A stretch of DNA of 61,629 nucleotides, counting the filler, from Sluysia triapertura (Eukaryota): NCBI GenBank assembly GCA_046118255.1. It is 5 parts of 5 records of this genome, joined end to end, with 100 filler letters (N's around TTAATTAATTAA, not from the genome) between each part and the next. Parts side by side here need not be neighbours in the genome. Positions count along the whole stretch, not along the records: positions 23,628 to 38,030 come from JBJNIA010260734.1; positions 38,131 to 50,591 come from JBJNIA010106540.1; positions 50,692 to 61,629 come from JBJNIA010191207.1; 2 more parts are not named here. One strand, written 5' to 3'. Of the stretch, positions 35,568 through 50,900 are shown piece after piece. The position numbers and the translations under genes are program-made. Within the stretch, counting starts at the first letter, position 1; every line of letters begins with the position of its first letter. Under the pieces are notes generated by a model, which worked only from the letters and a program-made list of their open reading frames with translations, searched no databases and was not told where the DNA came from.

Positions 35568-38500
35568 GTAATATATTTGTATATTAATAATGATTCTAAA
35601 ACATTTTTAAAAATTAATTTCAAAACTCATACTCAACACCTTCTAACAATTTTGTTAAGAAATCTTTTATCTAGTGAATGTTTAGTATGGTTTTACAAAA
35701 TTTACTTGCTTACCTATTGAATGTAACTTATGTACGACTGTTGATTATGAAATCCTAAGATCGAATGCTTTGTTGTGGATTTAAATGTAAATATGTAAGA
35801 GCTCCCTGTCAAATTACTTAGACATTTCAGGCTTTGGTTTTTTGGTGAGGTCTACTGTTAAACCTTAAATACCAATTTTGACCAGTATGCATTCTTGTTG
35901 CAACATCTGCAACATGGCATATTTCTTTTATGGCTTCAGTTCATTTGACTTTTTTCCAATGATTTCATAATGTGATCAAAATTTAGAGATTTGCTGTTGG
36001 CATTTATTATAATACAATAAAGTTCAAGCTTCAATCTCCAAAAAACGAAAATACGTAGTAAGTATATAGTAAATTTGCTCAATTTTATTTTTACACTAAT
36101 AAATTTTGCGGTTAAGAGAAAAATTGAAAATAAATTGAAACATTTTAACTAAACAATATAAGCAATAAAATAAATGTATAATCAAAATTGTTACACCTTA
36201 ACTGACGAATATTTATTACGCTTGCACAAATAATAAATTAGCAATTAGAAAAATAAACAAAATGCAAATGCGATGCAAAAAATAGAAGAGTAAAATCTAT
36301 TAATGTATATAGTAGTTTTTATTAATGTCCAAATTTTAAAAATAATATCTTGTGATGTTACATAAAATATGTATTTAATTTTCTAAACTTGAATATGTAT
36401 ATGCAGGTAACTTTTTTAATTCAAAATTTGTCAAATTAGTTCCTTTAACTTTCCTATTTTTTATTGATTTCAATAAATAGTAAACAAACTTCTATTTTGA
36501 AAACTAAATGTTACATTAAAGATTTTAGATTTTATTATTTTAAAATTTTATTAGAATCTTAATACATAAAAATTTATAGTATGAAAGTATTCTAGAAGAC
36601 CGGATATTTTAACTTAATCACTAGTAGGTATTTTATTTGAGTTTCAGGGATAAGCGTCTCGTTCATCATAAATATTTAGGAATAAATTGAATTTTATCAA
36701 ATGTAAAAAATTACAATCCCATTGACCTATAAACGGAAAAACTCGATAAGAATATATTGCAAACGTTTTGTATTTATTTGATCATTTAATACAAATGTAT
36801 ACTTATATATTGAATGTTACTAATATAAAATTTATTAGGATATTCAGATCACAAGATCACAAAATAACAATTTGAAAAAAATAAGGTGTCTACAAAAGTG
36901 ATGACGTAAATCTTCAAGATATACATCAATTTTATGAATAGCATAAATTAATAAATGTAACGAAATATCAATTTTTAATATGAGATGGTTTGTATGTTTT
37001 TAATGAATAAGTATTAATAAAAATGTTACTGATAGCGATTTCGTAAGTTTCAATTATATAAGATTTTTGTCTTACTTAAAGGTAAGAAATAAATAATCAC
37101 TTTGCGCTATCTTAATAAGGTATTAACGAAATCAATTTTTAAAATCATTAATTCGTTACGATACAATCTAACGAAACAGTTATTTATATTATTTGCAGAT
37201 TGTGATAGTTTTTGTAATTGGTACTCATCGGATTTATCATTTTGTATTTATTTCATTATCTTTCTGAACTATTTATTGTATTGTTTTCAGACGTTTGTAT
37301 TGATTGACACTGAAAAAGATTAGGTTAATTTATAGGTTATAGTTGCAATTATTTAGAGTTAATTACAGAGAATAGCAATAAATCAATATTAGTGTAGAAA
37401 CTTATAATAGGTAAATAAGTCGAAGATATTTAGTAAAATATTTGTAAGAATATTAGTCTGAGCTTGAAACAAATCATTAATAAAAATAAGATTTATAGTA
37501 AAGAAATGTAAAGATAAAGATTGCAGTAATTTGAAACAAGTTAAATAATAAACATATTATTAGTGTAAAAGAAGATTTGTTAATATAAAGATTAAAATAT
37601 TTTTGAACTTAATTACCTGAATTATTAAACACAAAAGTGTCAAAGAAGTTAGACCCTCACCAATAAAAATTTAGCGAAACACTATAGGTATGTCTTTCTC
37701 TAGAATATAATCGTATATTGTAGGTGAATTCATATTAATGAAATCATTTTGCGTAGTGTAAGTCGAAATTAAAGAAAAACAGCATTTCTAAGGATGGTTT
37801 ATGTTGCACTTACTCTACAATATCTAAACATTCATTAATATTCACTTAAATATTCACTTAAAAAACTAGGTGCAATAGTATTGTCATAGTTGTTACCAAG
37901 TGAAGAGCTGTGGGAAATATTTTATTGTTTAAATTAGTATTATTAGTTTTATCTTTTTTATTTTTATAAAATTTAAAAGATCTTAAATTGAAATAATTAA
38001 TTAATTTTACTATTAACAAAAAGGGCTTAANNNNNNNNNNNNNNNNNNNNNNNNNNNNNNNNNNNNNNNNNNNNTTAATTAATTAANNNNNNNNNNNNNN
38101 NNNNNNNNNNNNNNNNNNNNNNNNNNNNNNATTTGTATCTTTATTCTCACTTTCTTTAATACATATATTAGAGTGCTAATACCGTTTTTTATAACTAAGT
38201 AAAAATATTTCGTTAATAAAGCAGCAGACCCTCTACTTGTGATTTAATTCTTTTGAATCAGCAAATCGTGCATCAAGTTTAAGATTATTTTTTCGTAGCA
38301 TTGACATATTATTTCCTATAACTAAGTCTTCCGTGCGATATAAAACTTAGCTTATAGGCAGACCCGATAGAATAATTATAATTGTTCAGTAAGATAAAAG
38401 TAAAGTAAAATTTTGAACAATATAAAATACTTACAAATCAAATTAATTTACACAATCAAAACGCTAATTAGCTCCAATGGTTTGTCTTTTTTATTTCTTA

Positions 38501-40414
38501 GCATTCCTTTATGTAATAAGATTGCAGAACAATCTGAAAAAATTTTATTGGGTTGCGAGATAAAAAGGTTGAGAAACGCTGATTTAAAATATACTGAATG
38601 TAACATTACGATAATGTTTTTCGTGAAAATGTAATTTTTTGGTTTGTAATTTATATTTTAATTTATGGAAGGTAAAAACGAAAAATATCCAAAAACTTTA
38701 TGTAACAGTTTGCTAAAATGTGTAATATTCCGTATATTTAAACGGACTTATGTATTAATTCAATATTAACATACTATATACTCAAAACTAGCTATCGAAC
38801 TGCCAACATAAATATGTTAACTGTTGTTTATTGCCTGTAAAAATTTGTCGAAATTTATCAAAAGAAAAGTGCAAACTTATTGATCAAATGCAGAAATAAA
38901 CTAAAATGAACTAACTCTCGTCATTAGGTCAGCCCGTAATAGCAGAAATAATGTAAATATGATAATAATAATAATAAAATAATAACCATAGTAACCATAA
39001 TAATAATTATTTTTCAAAGGACACAGCCCTAATTAATTTGCAAGAATGAAAATAAGGACATGATAATCGTGCGTAGTAGTTTTAAGATGAATAACGCTAC
39101 AAATTCACAGACAATGCATAATTACATATCAATATAGGTGTAACGTTTCTTGTTGACAAGATTTATATATTGTTATATTTTTAGATTGATACAATTTATG
39201 TAGTGATGGATATGAGGAAGCCTGTGACTGTGACGGAATTTAAGATACCGAAATATTTTAAGAATATTAAGTTTGTTTCTGACAGAAAAAGAGTACATGT
39301 TTGAAACCGTGTAGCACTCAGGATAGCACATGCGGATCACCGTGAATATTTCGAATGGGCAAGGTTTACGATAGTTGCTTATACTTATACGTATTTGTTT
39401 CTTTATACGATATGTTTGATGAAATGTCAGAGAATTAGTTGTAAGATAATTGAATTCATCGTTATAGTTACTGTAAAAATCCATTATTCTGATTTTCATG
39501 TATTGATATTTAATTTTTTATGAGGTCTCGATGAAATTCTTTTTTATTAAATTAATATTATAAAATTTATCTTTTCTGTTGCTATTATCATAAGATATGT
39601 CTTCTATGTCATTAGCTATTTCATTTATCAAATCATTATGAGATTTTACGTGACATTTTTTTACAATCAATAAAATCAAAGACACGATAGAAGTTAAAAC
39701 TCTTCATCAATCTCGTTATAAAATGCAGTTTATAAATTAGTAAAGGGCATTTTATTTTGATACATGGTGTGAACTATCTTATAAAACAAACACAATAATA
39801 CATAATAAGACACCACAAAACAATAACATAATGATAAGAATAAATTCTAATATTAGATAAATTAGCATTCTTCACATTGTTATTCACAATGATTTTTTTA
39901 TTGACCACTTAAATTGTTCATTGAAATTTACAGGATGAGCATTTTTACTTTGTACCCACTGGTTCATCGACGTCGATACATTCTTAGCATTGTCTATCTC
40001 TTTTTCCTTTATACTTACTCAATAACTAGTATTTAAATTGACTAAATTATATACATCGCCTGTCTCTCATCTTAATATTACCCATGTTTTTTACCTTTAC
40101 TTTTCCTGAATAATTAACATTTAAATTGACTAAATTATATCCATCGTCTATCTTTCCTACTTTCAGACATAATTTATTATTTATGATTTTTATTGTCGAT
40201 TATTTTTAATTTTTATTTGTGGCCCAATTTTTATTGTCTCTAACTTTCTTTTTTGTACTACATTCCTAAGGATACAAACATAAATAGACTCTACTGTTTA
40301 ATCCTATGAAATGTGAATTGACACTGAAATAGCCAATTCACATTTGATTGGATTTCATTATAAACAAATAGATAACGCAGCCATATTATTTTTATTCTAA
40401 TTAATTTTATTGTA

Positions 40415-40473
<59 letters not shown>
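40415..40473. repeat. (ATT)n microsatellite
   Basis: Direct reading. Confidence 0.97.
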
Positions 40474-40474
<1 letters not shown>

Positions 40475-41963
40475 TTAAATTTTTTTATTATATTTGATTA
40501 CAATAATCATGCATAACTACATCTTTCCTTACTTTAGAATTTCTATGGATGTTTTGTTACTTCATTTTAGCAATGATTTTTGGTTTGAAGCAATTTCGAA
40601 TTGTGTTTTTCTTTTGATTTAATTTGCTCTATCAATGATGTTAGCTTTGTTGCTAATTCTTTATTTTCTAAACGTGGAGTTTGATTTTTTCTTGATAAAA
40701 TTTAATTTGATCATCGTTTTCATTAATTTTTTGACTGAAATAACTGAGAAATTTCTTTTTACGATTTTTTTGCACCTTTTCTTCCACAGTGTGCTTTTGT
40801 TTATGCAAATATTGTGAGGGATTTTCAAGATTGTTTTCTCATTATTAACTTATTGTAAGCATTATTCAAATGTTCTTTTTCTTTTAGAACAAGTGTTAGT
40901 GGTTTAGTGGTTTAGTTGAATATCGAATTTTGACATATTTTATAACCTGATTTTTTGTTGACTGATGTTAATAGTTATAATTACCGAATATAGAGTGTCA
41001 CAAAACTCTTTAAGTCAACAGTCATTCTTTGATGACAATGATGTAAATTAGAGTCTGCGAAGTTTCATGTACTGCAAAGTGAAACGTTCTAACAAGATGA
41101 AGCTTCATGCACATTATGCTCTAATGCAAGGTCAACAAAAAAATTAAGTATACTTACTAGTTACAAGACGGTGGAACTTCAAGATCTACGTTACATAACT
41201 TTAATGAAATTCGATGTATTATATAAAAACAAACAATGGAATATGTAAAAACAATAACTCATCTAGCAAATTCTGTACTTGGTATTATTAATCTTCAAGA
41301 TTCAGTAATATAGTACTTTCAGAAAATGGTTACACCGTTTTATGTCACAACTTTAATACAAGGAAAAGTTATTCTATAAACACTAAATTTGTCGAAAAGA
41401 ATTAGAAATAGCATAAATTAATTAAAATAAAACAATTATTATCAAATACTTAAACCGAAAACGCATTATAAAATTGAAGTAAAAATGTTTACACTCTTAA
41501 GCATAATACAACAGATGATTGCATTTTTATTGTAACTCCTAAATATATAAATTCTGATTATTTCATATTAAATTATGTGTGCTAAACTATTCCAGCCCCT
41601 TCAAAAAACATTTCTCGTAAAATTAATGAAACAACACTATTGAGTAACTTTTATTGCTAACTTAAATTACTAGCATAAAGTAACATAACTTATAAATATT
41701 GTATAGAAGTCATTTGCTGTCAGTCTTGGGTCACATGCTAACACCATTTAGAATAATCTTTTTAATTAACAGAAACAAGATTATATTCAGAATTTATTAT
41801 TCGGTAATAATATGCAGTTTTCGGAAAATTTTAATGCTTATAATTGGATATTTGATGGTTAAAAATATTAAATATTTAATTCTTATTCGAAAATAAAACC
41901 AAATTTATATATTTATACATGAAATTTATGAACGACTTTTTAATAGTTTAATTCTTATTTTAG

Positions 41964-44900
41964 GATAAATTAGATACTCAAGATAGCAGTACACATGATA
42001 AATTACATCGAATATCAAGCATTGTACGATTATTACTAAATTTGAGTAGTATCACTAATAATAGTAGTAATTCTGACAATGTAGCCTCACCAGTATTAAA
42101 AGTGACTGATCAAAATAGTGATACGAAGAAAACAGAAATAAATAAATTAAATTTGAAAATTTGGAATCTATTGAATTGTATTATAAGCGAAATTGTAAAT
42201 CATAAACATCTTACTGAACCTACAGTTAACAGTTTAACAAATCAGGTTAGATTATTGTTTTTTGAAGTGAAATTAGTTTGGATAATTTGATTTTTAATTA
42301 CAATTATTATTATACTTTTATAAATCTAAACTATAGATCATATATTAAGAGTTTACTTAAGTATTGTTACAATAGTTCTCATTATAATTACAGTATTATA
42401 GGATAAATAATATTCAAGTACGATTGCAATTATATTATTGTAGTACGACAAAATATATTTATGTTAATTTTATAACAAAAAATCAACTTCAAACTTTGAT
42501 AACAGCTACATTTATCAAAATCTAGACAAATTATTATTTAATTATTCTTGACTTACATCAAGAAATGACTACCTTTTTTTATTCAGTAAATATTAAAATT
42601 ACAATTTAATTTCTTGTAGTATTTGCCACATTGACATTATATAATATGCACTATTAAAATTAAGAAAATATAAAATATAAATAACCCAATGTATAATTGT
42701 TATTGGGAATTAGACAAAATGACGATAAAAATAATGGACTCTGCAATGAAAAAACTTTCTTTAAATACATTTTTGTAACAATTTATTCATTTCTAACTTT
42801 CTAAACAGGAAAAAAGTTATTCAAAAAATAAAGTGTATTTAATCTACGTAAACTTTATAAGTATAATTTGGGCTAATTACTCGCAAGTATTACGTGTATA
42901 TTAATGCTTGAAAAATTTTCAAATAATCATTTTTTATTTTCAATTTAATCAATATTTTATCAACTAATAATTCAGAGACATAAGCTAGTGAATAAGTGGT
43001 AAAACTGTGTTGTCCAATTAAAACAGTAACAAAACATAAAATAGCCTACGCACAAAGCAAAAAAACATACAACACATCATTACTTTTAATATCCAGAAAA
43101 ATTATTTTTCAGAAATAAAAATTAATAATTAAAATAATTAATAAAAATATGAATTAAGATTTATAGTTCAAATATTGTTGTTATTTCTCGGGAAAATTAT
43201 TTTCATTGAAGAAACTGAACATTGTCAATATGAGCTTTACGAAAACAAGCTTCTGGAAACTAACTTACTTTATTACGAATTTATTGCTTATTTGATTGTT
43301 TCCTAAGTTTTTTCGCTTTCAACCATTATAAGAACTATTATCATGTAAAACTATCTGGATTCGAATATTTTAAAAGTTCTTGGTCTATTTTAAAAATTAA
43401 GTTCTATATTTAGAGATTTTGTGTTAATAAAAATAATATTAACATTAATAATGCTAATAATAATAATAATAGTGATAATAATTCAATAAGAATAAAATAA
43501 CACAAGCAGTTGTAATAAGGATAATAATAATTATTATTATTTTGTTTTGCGAATAATTTAAAATAAATCTTAATAAAATAAAACTAAAATATCTTAATAA
43601 ACTCAGTAATTTTATAAGAAATAGATTAAAAGTTCTCGAATTAAGAATGAAATATTCCAAAACTCCATGACAAACAAAATTAAAATACTAGAAACACGAA
43701 GAGAAACGTTGAACACATTTAACACATTCGCTATCGGAGCTTGAAAAGAAAATCTTGTACCACAACCTATGGAAATTATTCTTATGAAATGACTTTAAAT
43801 GGTTTTGGTTTTTTTAATCCCGAAAAATAGTGCAACACCTTACCGAAAACTGATATTTGTGACGCCGGGCTCAAAAGCAAGAACTAATGCTTCTCATATA
43901 TGCGACGCTGGTAGCGAACGTGTTAATTAATAGGATTAAAGGAAGACACTGTCCTAACGACTTTATTAAAATAACAATGAAAGAACGAATATAAACTACG
44001 CAAATGTTTATGAAAGAATGAATAAAGAAATATTGAATATAGTCAAATCAATATTAACACGTTGAATGCCCGCTAATTTTACATGGCTTGATCGTCTGGC
44101 CAAATGAATTTCTCAGATAAATTTTTGTAAAGATAATATAAAAAAATTAAAGGCATTAAAAATTTACTTCAATTATATTTCTAATAATTTTGACTTCGCC
44201 GGTCACCAGTGAGCCCATGGCATTCAACATTATGATTTTCACTAAAGAAATTGGCAATAAAACATACCGTAAAATCCCGTGTATGGGCCGCACCTTAAAT
44301 TTTTTTAAAACATCTTTTTCTGTAGATAAGCCGCAGTTTATCCATGGAAACATAAATATTTGAATTTTTTTAGAATCATTTATAAAGGTCACCCTATTAA
44401 ATCTTTATTTAAAGACTATGTTAAACGTCGCAAACTAAAGTTTTTTCTGTAATTTTTCACCTGTATGTTTTGATATGCCAACTATTTACACTGTCGAATC
44501 AAAAGGTGTTAAGTCAGTCATAATTGCAAAAATTCACTTTACTGTTGTGCTGTATTACTATTAACAATCTTTAAAAGAAAAACATTTCCAAAGAAGTTTT
44601 TCTGTAAAGAATAGTTATTAAAGTAAATCCCAAAGTTTGGATTGATAGTAAAATCATGTTGGAATGAGTAGATGAAGTTTGGAAATGACGCAATTTATTG
44701 TTTAGTCCGTTATCAATATTGATAGGTGATTCAGCAAAGTCCCATGTAACTGATGATGTCAAAAATAAAATTAAATCTTGTTCCAGATTATCAGTGATAC
44801 CTAGTTGGTTTTACAGCCATTGGTTATTACAGTTAATAGATCATTCAAAAGTAAGCCTCTTGTGGTTTAATTTGTATTGGATAAAAGAAGCTTGAGATGA

Positions 44901-47900
44901 TGTAACGATGAACACTATTAATGGTGGCTTTTTAGATCACACATTTCACGACGATAAGACCTAAATCACAATGAAGATTTTAGTGGTTTTGAATAATTTA
45001 TTATTTGAATTTTCTTTTAATTTAAAATCCCATGTATAAGCCGCATTAAAAATTTTCAAAAAACATCTTTTTTTTAGATAAGCTGAGGCTTATGCACGCG
45101 AATTTACTGTAATTTAACTGAAAAAATATTGTTAGAGATTAGGAATTAAAGAATTTATTGGTAATGGTATTATAACACTGAAGTAGAGTTTTCCGCATAG
45201 GTAGTTATGAATTTTAAAGTAGTTTTTCCAGTTTGAATTGCTGTTTTACATTTGTTCCAAAATAGACCTTATATTTCAGTAAACTGCATAAAAATGAATA
45301 TTCATTTTGGCATTTCTGCGATGATACTTCATTACTTTCTATAATTTCGGTACTTATTGGTGTTTAGCAAAAGTATAATACTTGTAGTTGTAACCACAAA
45401 ACCATTATTATTTGTAGCCCACTGGATATATTTCATTGACATTTTTATTTTCTATTTATTCAAATTGAATAAATATTCAACCTGGACATGGTTACCATAC
45501 AACAGATTTCAAAATCGGTAATGTAAAAGTATTAAGTTATTGATTAATTTTATTTAATATTTGTATAGTAAATTAAAGATATTATTATTATTTTATTTTG
45601 TAAAAGATTTCTTGAATATAAAATCATTATTTATTTGTAAATAATTTCTGGAATATTTCAGCGAGAAATATTAGAAAAAGAGTGTTTTCATGAAACTGAT
45701 CGTATGGATCAAAAATTATTTTATCAATTGAACAACGGTGATGATATAATAAACAAATCTGATTCTGGAGTGTTAGTAAAGACGCCATCAAGATTTAAAA
45801 AGTTAATATGGACTGAAGTCAAAGAACCGATTTGCAGTTACCAACATCAATTTGGAGATGTTAAAGAAATCGTTGATGAGTGTATATTCGATTGTACGAA
45901 GTGTTATAAACAATTTATTAATGGTTTTCGTGTAAGTGAGCATGAAAATGTTTGGCTCTCTGGAGTAAAAATTTACGCACCAGCGCGTATAAAGTTTGAT
46001 CATACAGCGTTTTTGTATTTTTGTGAAGTTGGTTGATATCGTAATTTTTTTTGTAAAATACTTATAAAACTGCAAATGAAACAGCTGTTTTTTAATAAGT
46101 CAGTAAAAAGAACTTGCAATTTTATCAGTATTTTCAATTGTAATATCCTATTATTATTTGTTTAGTACAGTTTTATTTTATACCAAAATAACAATATATT
46201 TTCAAAATGAGATAAATAAAATTTTCCCTTGTTGAATAACAAAAATTAAATCAGTTAATAGAAAGAAATATTAATTCATTCAACATTTTATTGATAAATG
46301 AATGAAATTTTAACAAAAACGGAATCTACATTTTGGGAAATTTTAAGATGATGGAGGAGAAAATGACAAAAGTATTCATGGAAAGCATAACCTTTATTTT
46401 ATAGTGTTATTAGTGACACAAAAAAGATTAGGTGATTCCACTATATTTTTAAAAACAAGAACGAGCTAAATATATTTATTTATACAAAACAAAAACAAAA
46501 CCATTGAATTCACAAAAGTAGAGGTATAAAAGCAATAACATAATAAGACGCAAATACAAAACACAATTTATTAGGAAAATTTAAAAACAGTCATCACCTA
46601 CACGACATCATCACATTTAATGTCCACTATCAGAGATATTATTTTGAAAAAAGTTACGAAAAATTTTTATTCAGAAATACAAAATATAACAATAATTAAT
46701 ATAACAATAATTAATCAAAATATTATTAAGATTGATAGTTGAAGTAATGTTGTTATTTTTCTGGAAGATTATCTTCATTGAAGAAGAAACTGCATATTGT
46801 CAATGTAAGCTGTACAGTATGTGAAGACTAATTTACTTTATTATGCATTTCTTATGCGATAAAATCGTAAATTTATTATTGTGAGGCTTTGCTTAAGAAG
46901 TACTTTTGACTGTTTCTTAAATCTTTTTTGTTTTCAAACATTATAAGAACATCTATCATCTAAAACTATCTGAAGTCGGGTATTTTTAAGTATAATGTAT
47001 GAAACAAGAATTGAAATAACAATGAAAAAAATGAAGACCAGTCGCACAAATTTTTACAAATCTATACATAAATACAAAACAATTGCATATGAATGTAAAG
47101 ATGCATTATAATATAGCCAAATTCATATTTCAGAAGAAAATTAATATTAGAAATTAACTGTAGAGAAGCTATTATAAAATGAAATTGGAAAACATTATCC
47201 AAGACAATGTTTTTTCTACGTATTTATTGATAAAAAGTGAAAGTGGTGAAAAATAGAGGTTGTAATCATTATAAACAATTATAAACAATAATTTTGGAAA
47301 TTATTTATTTGATTAATAATNNNNNNNNNNNNNNNNNNNNNNNNNNNNNNNNNNNNNNNNNNNNNNNNNNNNNNNNNNNNNNNNNNNNNNNNNNNNNNNN
47401 NNNNNNNNNNNNNNNNNNNNNNNNNNNNNNNNNNNNNNNNNNNNNNNNNNNNNNNAAAATGCAACTCTTAATTAAATTGGTGTTTTTATTCTAAATATAA
47501 CACCACCAATCCTAATAATAAATGAGAATTACAAGTAAATAAATATTCCCATAAATTCTTATTAAATGTATATGATAATACATGCTACATCGTGTTATTA
47601 ATATTTCTTCTTATCACTTTAAATATTAACAAAAATATGCAAGAATTCAGGTTATATATGCTTTTCGCTGCATACTGTCTTCAATGTGTTAAAATACCCT
47701 CAGAAGTGATATTTATGTAATAATAAAGTTGATAATTTAGATTTGTATGAGGTGTAATTATAAATAATAATAATTTGTTCCAGAAACGAATGATGAACTT
47801 TCAAAATTGTGAATGGAAATCGATACCAGTTCAATTTGCTATACAAAGAGAAGAACAAGATCTTATTACGTGCAATTTGGAATTTTCCAGGAAAATATTG

Positions 47901-50900
47901 TTACAAGTAACGTTAAAATTGTTTTGTATCTATTTAAAATAGGAAAAAATTTTATTTCTGTATTGATTATACATTATTTTGTAAGTGCAATTCAGTAATA
48001 TCACAAGTTATTTTAGTACATTTATTATAGATGTTTAAAGCTGGATTAATATTAATAAAGTAGGGAAAACCTTAAAGAAATATGGTATAAAAATGTAATA
48101 CGAATAAAACTGTAATGCAAATTTATTTAAAATATAAATTATCATATTTTTATATATGTAACTTTATCAAATTTAATTAAACAATTTTTATTTAAGGATA
48201 ATTATTTATATCGTTTGAAAGTGATTATTCGACTTCATAAACCCAAAAAAATTCTCACAGGTCATAATAACTTAAGTTATATTGACTTAGATCGTGGTTA
48301 CCGCTTAAATTTCTACGAAGATTTATTAACGTATCCGGAAAAACAAAAATTCTGGAAGAAAGGATTCATATTCGCATTCATTTATACTTTTAAGAAATCT
48401 AATGGGTAAGTATATCTTGATAAAGTTTTTAATTATAATTCATAGTATTTTACTTTTAATACTTGCTATTATTGCTTACTATTGGTACTCGTTTTTGTGT
48501 TTATTACTCGTCATTAATTACTCTAAATTTAAATTGCCTTATTGTCTATAAACTTAATTAATAATTAATAATTTTTATTAAATTTTAAATAAATATTTGA
48601 CAAAAATTTTACTTTTAATTCTTTTAAAGTTATTCTGATTTAATCCATACCATTTAATTAATGAAACTGTCACAATACTTTGTCTAATAATCAATGATTT
48701 TAAGACGTCTATCTAAAAAATCTGATTATATTTTGTCTCTAATGTAAGAGATAGAAGTGCAAATAAAATTCAAATTTTCTGTCAATGTCTTAAAGAAATA
48801 AAACCAATTTTGCTGTAAACTATTCATAAATTTTCGATTACAAATAATAACAAAATACCACACCTAAATTGCTTATTTATTGTTAAAGATATTAACAAGC
48901 AAACTATTCAAACGAATTTAGAATTAATTATATTTAAGTGAATTATATCTCATATTATTTTTCATGGATACCACGTTATAGCCAAAAAATGCATTTTTAT
49001 TATATTCTATAATAATTTGTTCATCTTCAATCTTCTCTTTAATTAAATTCGTCACTTAGCCAATGTTTTATAATAAAATACACATTGTAATCTTATTTCA
49101 TATATTTTTACTTCTATATTACCAATTTTCTCCAAATCATATTATATAACATACTTGGCTGTGTTTTTATCCGCTTTATTTATCTGGTATTTTCTATATG
49201 CGTTACAGTGAATTTACATACGCGTTATTTTTCTTTTATAATGTTTCCACTTTTTTGATGTTTTGCTTGTTCTTGACTAATTAAGTATGGTAAGCTATAT
49301 TCTTTCTCATTTTTCTTTTATTGTTTTTTGAACGCTTCTTTTCCATTTTCAAATTTCTAAGGTTAATGTTTTTGAGTTATTGAGTAAAAATTTATTCATT
49401 TTCTTAAACTTATTTTATTATTTCCATATTAATGTTAACATTGCATTGTATTATTCTTTATTATTACTATTATTATTCTTTATTATTCTCTATTATTCTT
49501 TATTGTATTATTCTTTATTATTACTATTATTATTCTTTTTTATTCTCTATTATTCTTTATTGTATTATTCTTTCCATCCATAAATGTACCTTTGATTTCG
49601 ATTTTTTATGAAAATTAAGAAAAAGCGTTTTGCTTTTAAAAGTTAATTTTCGTTTTGAAAACACTTTATAGGTTAAGTTTTTGACAACTAAAAAGTTCTT
49701 CGTTGAATATATTTTTTTGATCAAGAAAAAGAATTTTAAAGGCTTAATATATAGTTCCAGCGAAAGAAAATAATGGAAGATATGAAAAATGTTTTGGCAA
49801 AAAATGGTCGTAAAGAACCTAATTTAAGTCCAGACGCAAGAGAAGTTGTTTATCATGCATTTTTTGAATTGAGTGATAACATTTTGAAGAAAAGCTCAAT
49901 CAAGTAGACAAACAATAAATGCCAACCACCGAATAGTGCCACTAATAAGTCTTAGATTCGTGTTTTTTCAATGCAAACAAGATATTGCTACAACAATCAC
50001 CGCATAAAACTGTAGAGGGATTGAAAACACTTTTAATTGAATTAGAACACTTTGATTAAGTTTTTATTTCTCGCCAGCTATATATTGTAGAAATCATGAA
50101 AGTAAATGGAGATAACAACTCTTAACGTATCCTATGAAAAGACCATTTACAAACATTTGGCAAGCTTCCAATTTCCATAGATTTTGATTTTGGGCTTTCT
50201 GACTCTGTGCAAGACATATAAATTCAATTTAAATCACTCAAATCACTCTTAAAAGTTTATCATAAACTATATTTGTAGTCAGATCAGGTTTCAGTAAAAT
50301 ATATAATTTTATGTTTTTGGATTTGACAATTTTTAAAGAATTCGGACGCTTATTTCTAGACGCTTATGGAGGAAATATAGTTTTTATTGAAATTTGTTTG
50401 TGTAAATATTAAAATAATATTTATCGAAAATAACTTTATTTATTAATTAATTTAAAAGTATTTTCATTTTTTATTTTTTTTCTTTCAATTATAAAAAATA
50501 TGATGTGTTATTTAAAAAATCGTATAATAAAATATTAAAATGTTTTTATTTTTAAATAAATCATTTATTTATCATGAGACTTTAAAGATCGNNNNNNNNN
50601 NNNNNNNNNNNNNNNNNNNNNNNNNNNNNNNNNNNTTAATTAATTAANNNNNNNNNNNNNNNNNNNNNNNNNNNNNNNNNNNNNNNNNNNNAACAATGAA
50701 TTGACGCATCTTTTGTATTATTTTATCTATGTTGTATACATCGTTATTATGTTATATGTGTTTTGACTGAATCAGTTGCGGAACCCCTGTCAACGTTCCA
50801 GGGAACCCTAGGGTTCCGCGGAACCCAGGTTGAAGAGCCCTGACGTAGATCATGAAATTGTGTGCTGAATAAGTAGGTCTTATATGATAGTAGTCCTAGT

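Noticed and set aside
35800-35822. GCT CCC TGT CAA (APCQ) as the missing TS catalytic exon
   Set aside because: A stop follows within three codons, and there is no QFYV or QRS context.
39173-39499. 108-aa minus ORF and Cys-rich plus-strand fragments
   Set aside because: No family motif or consistent splice model found; left uncalled.
47279-47494. ORFs spanning the N-run
   Set aside because: Artefacts of the 47321-47455 gap.
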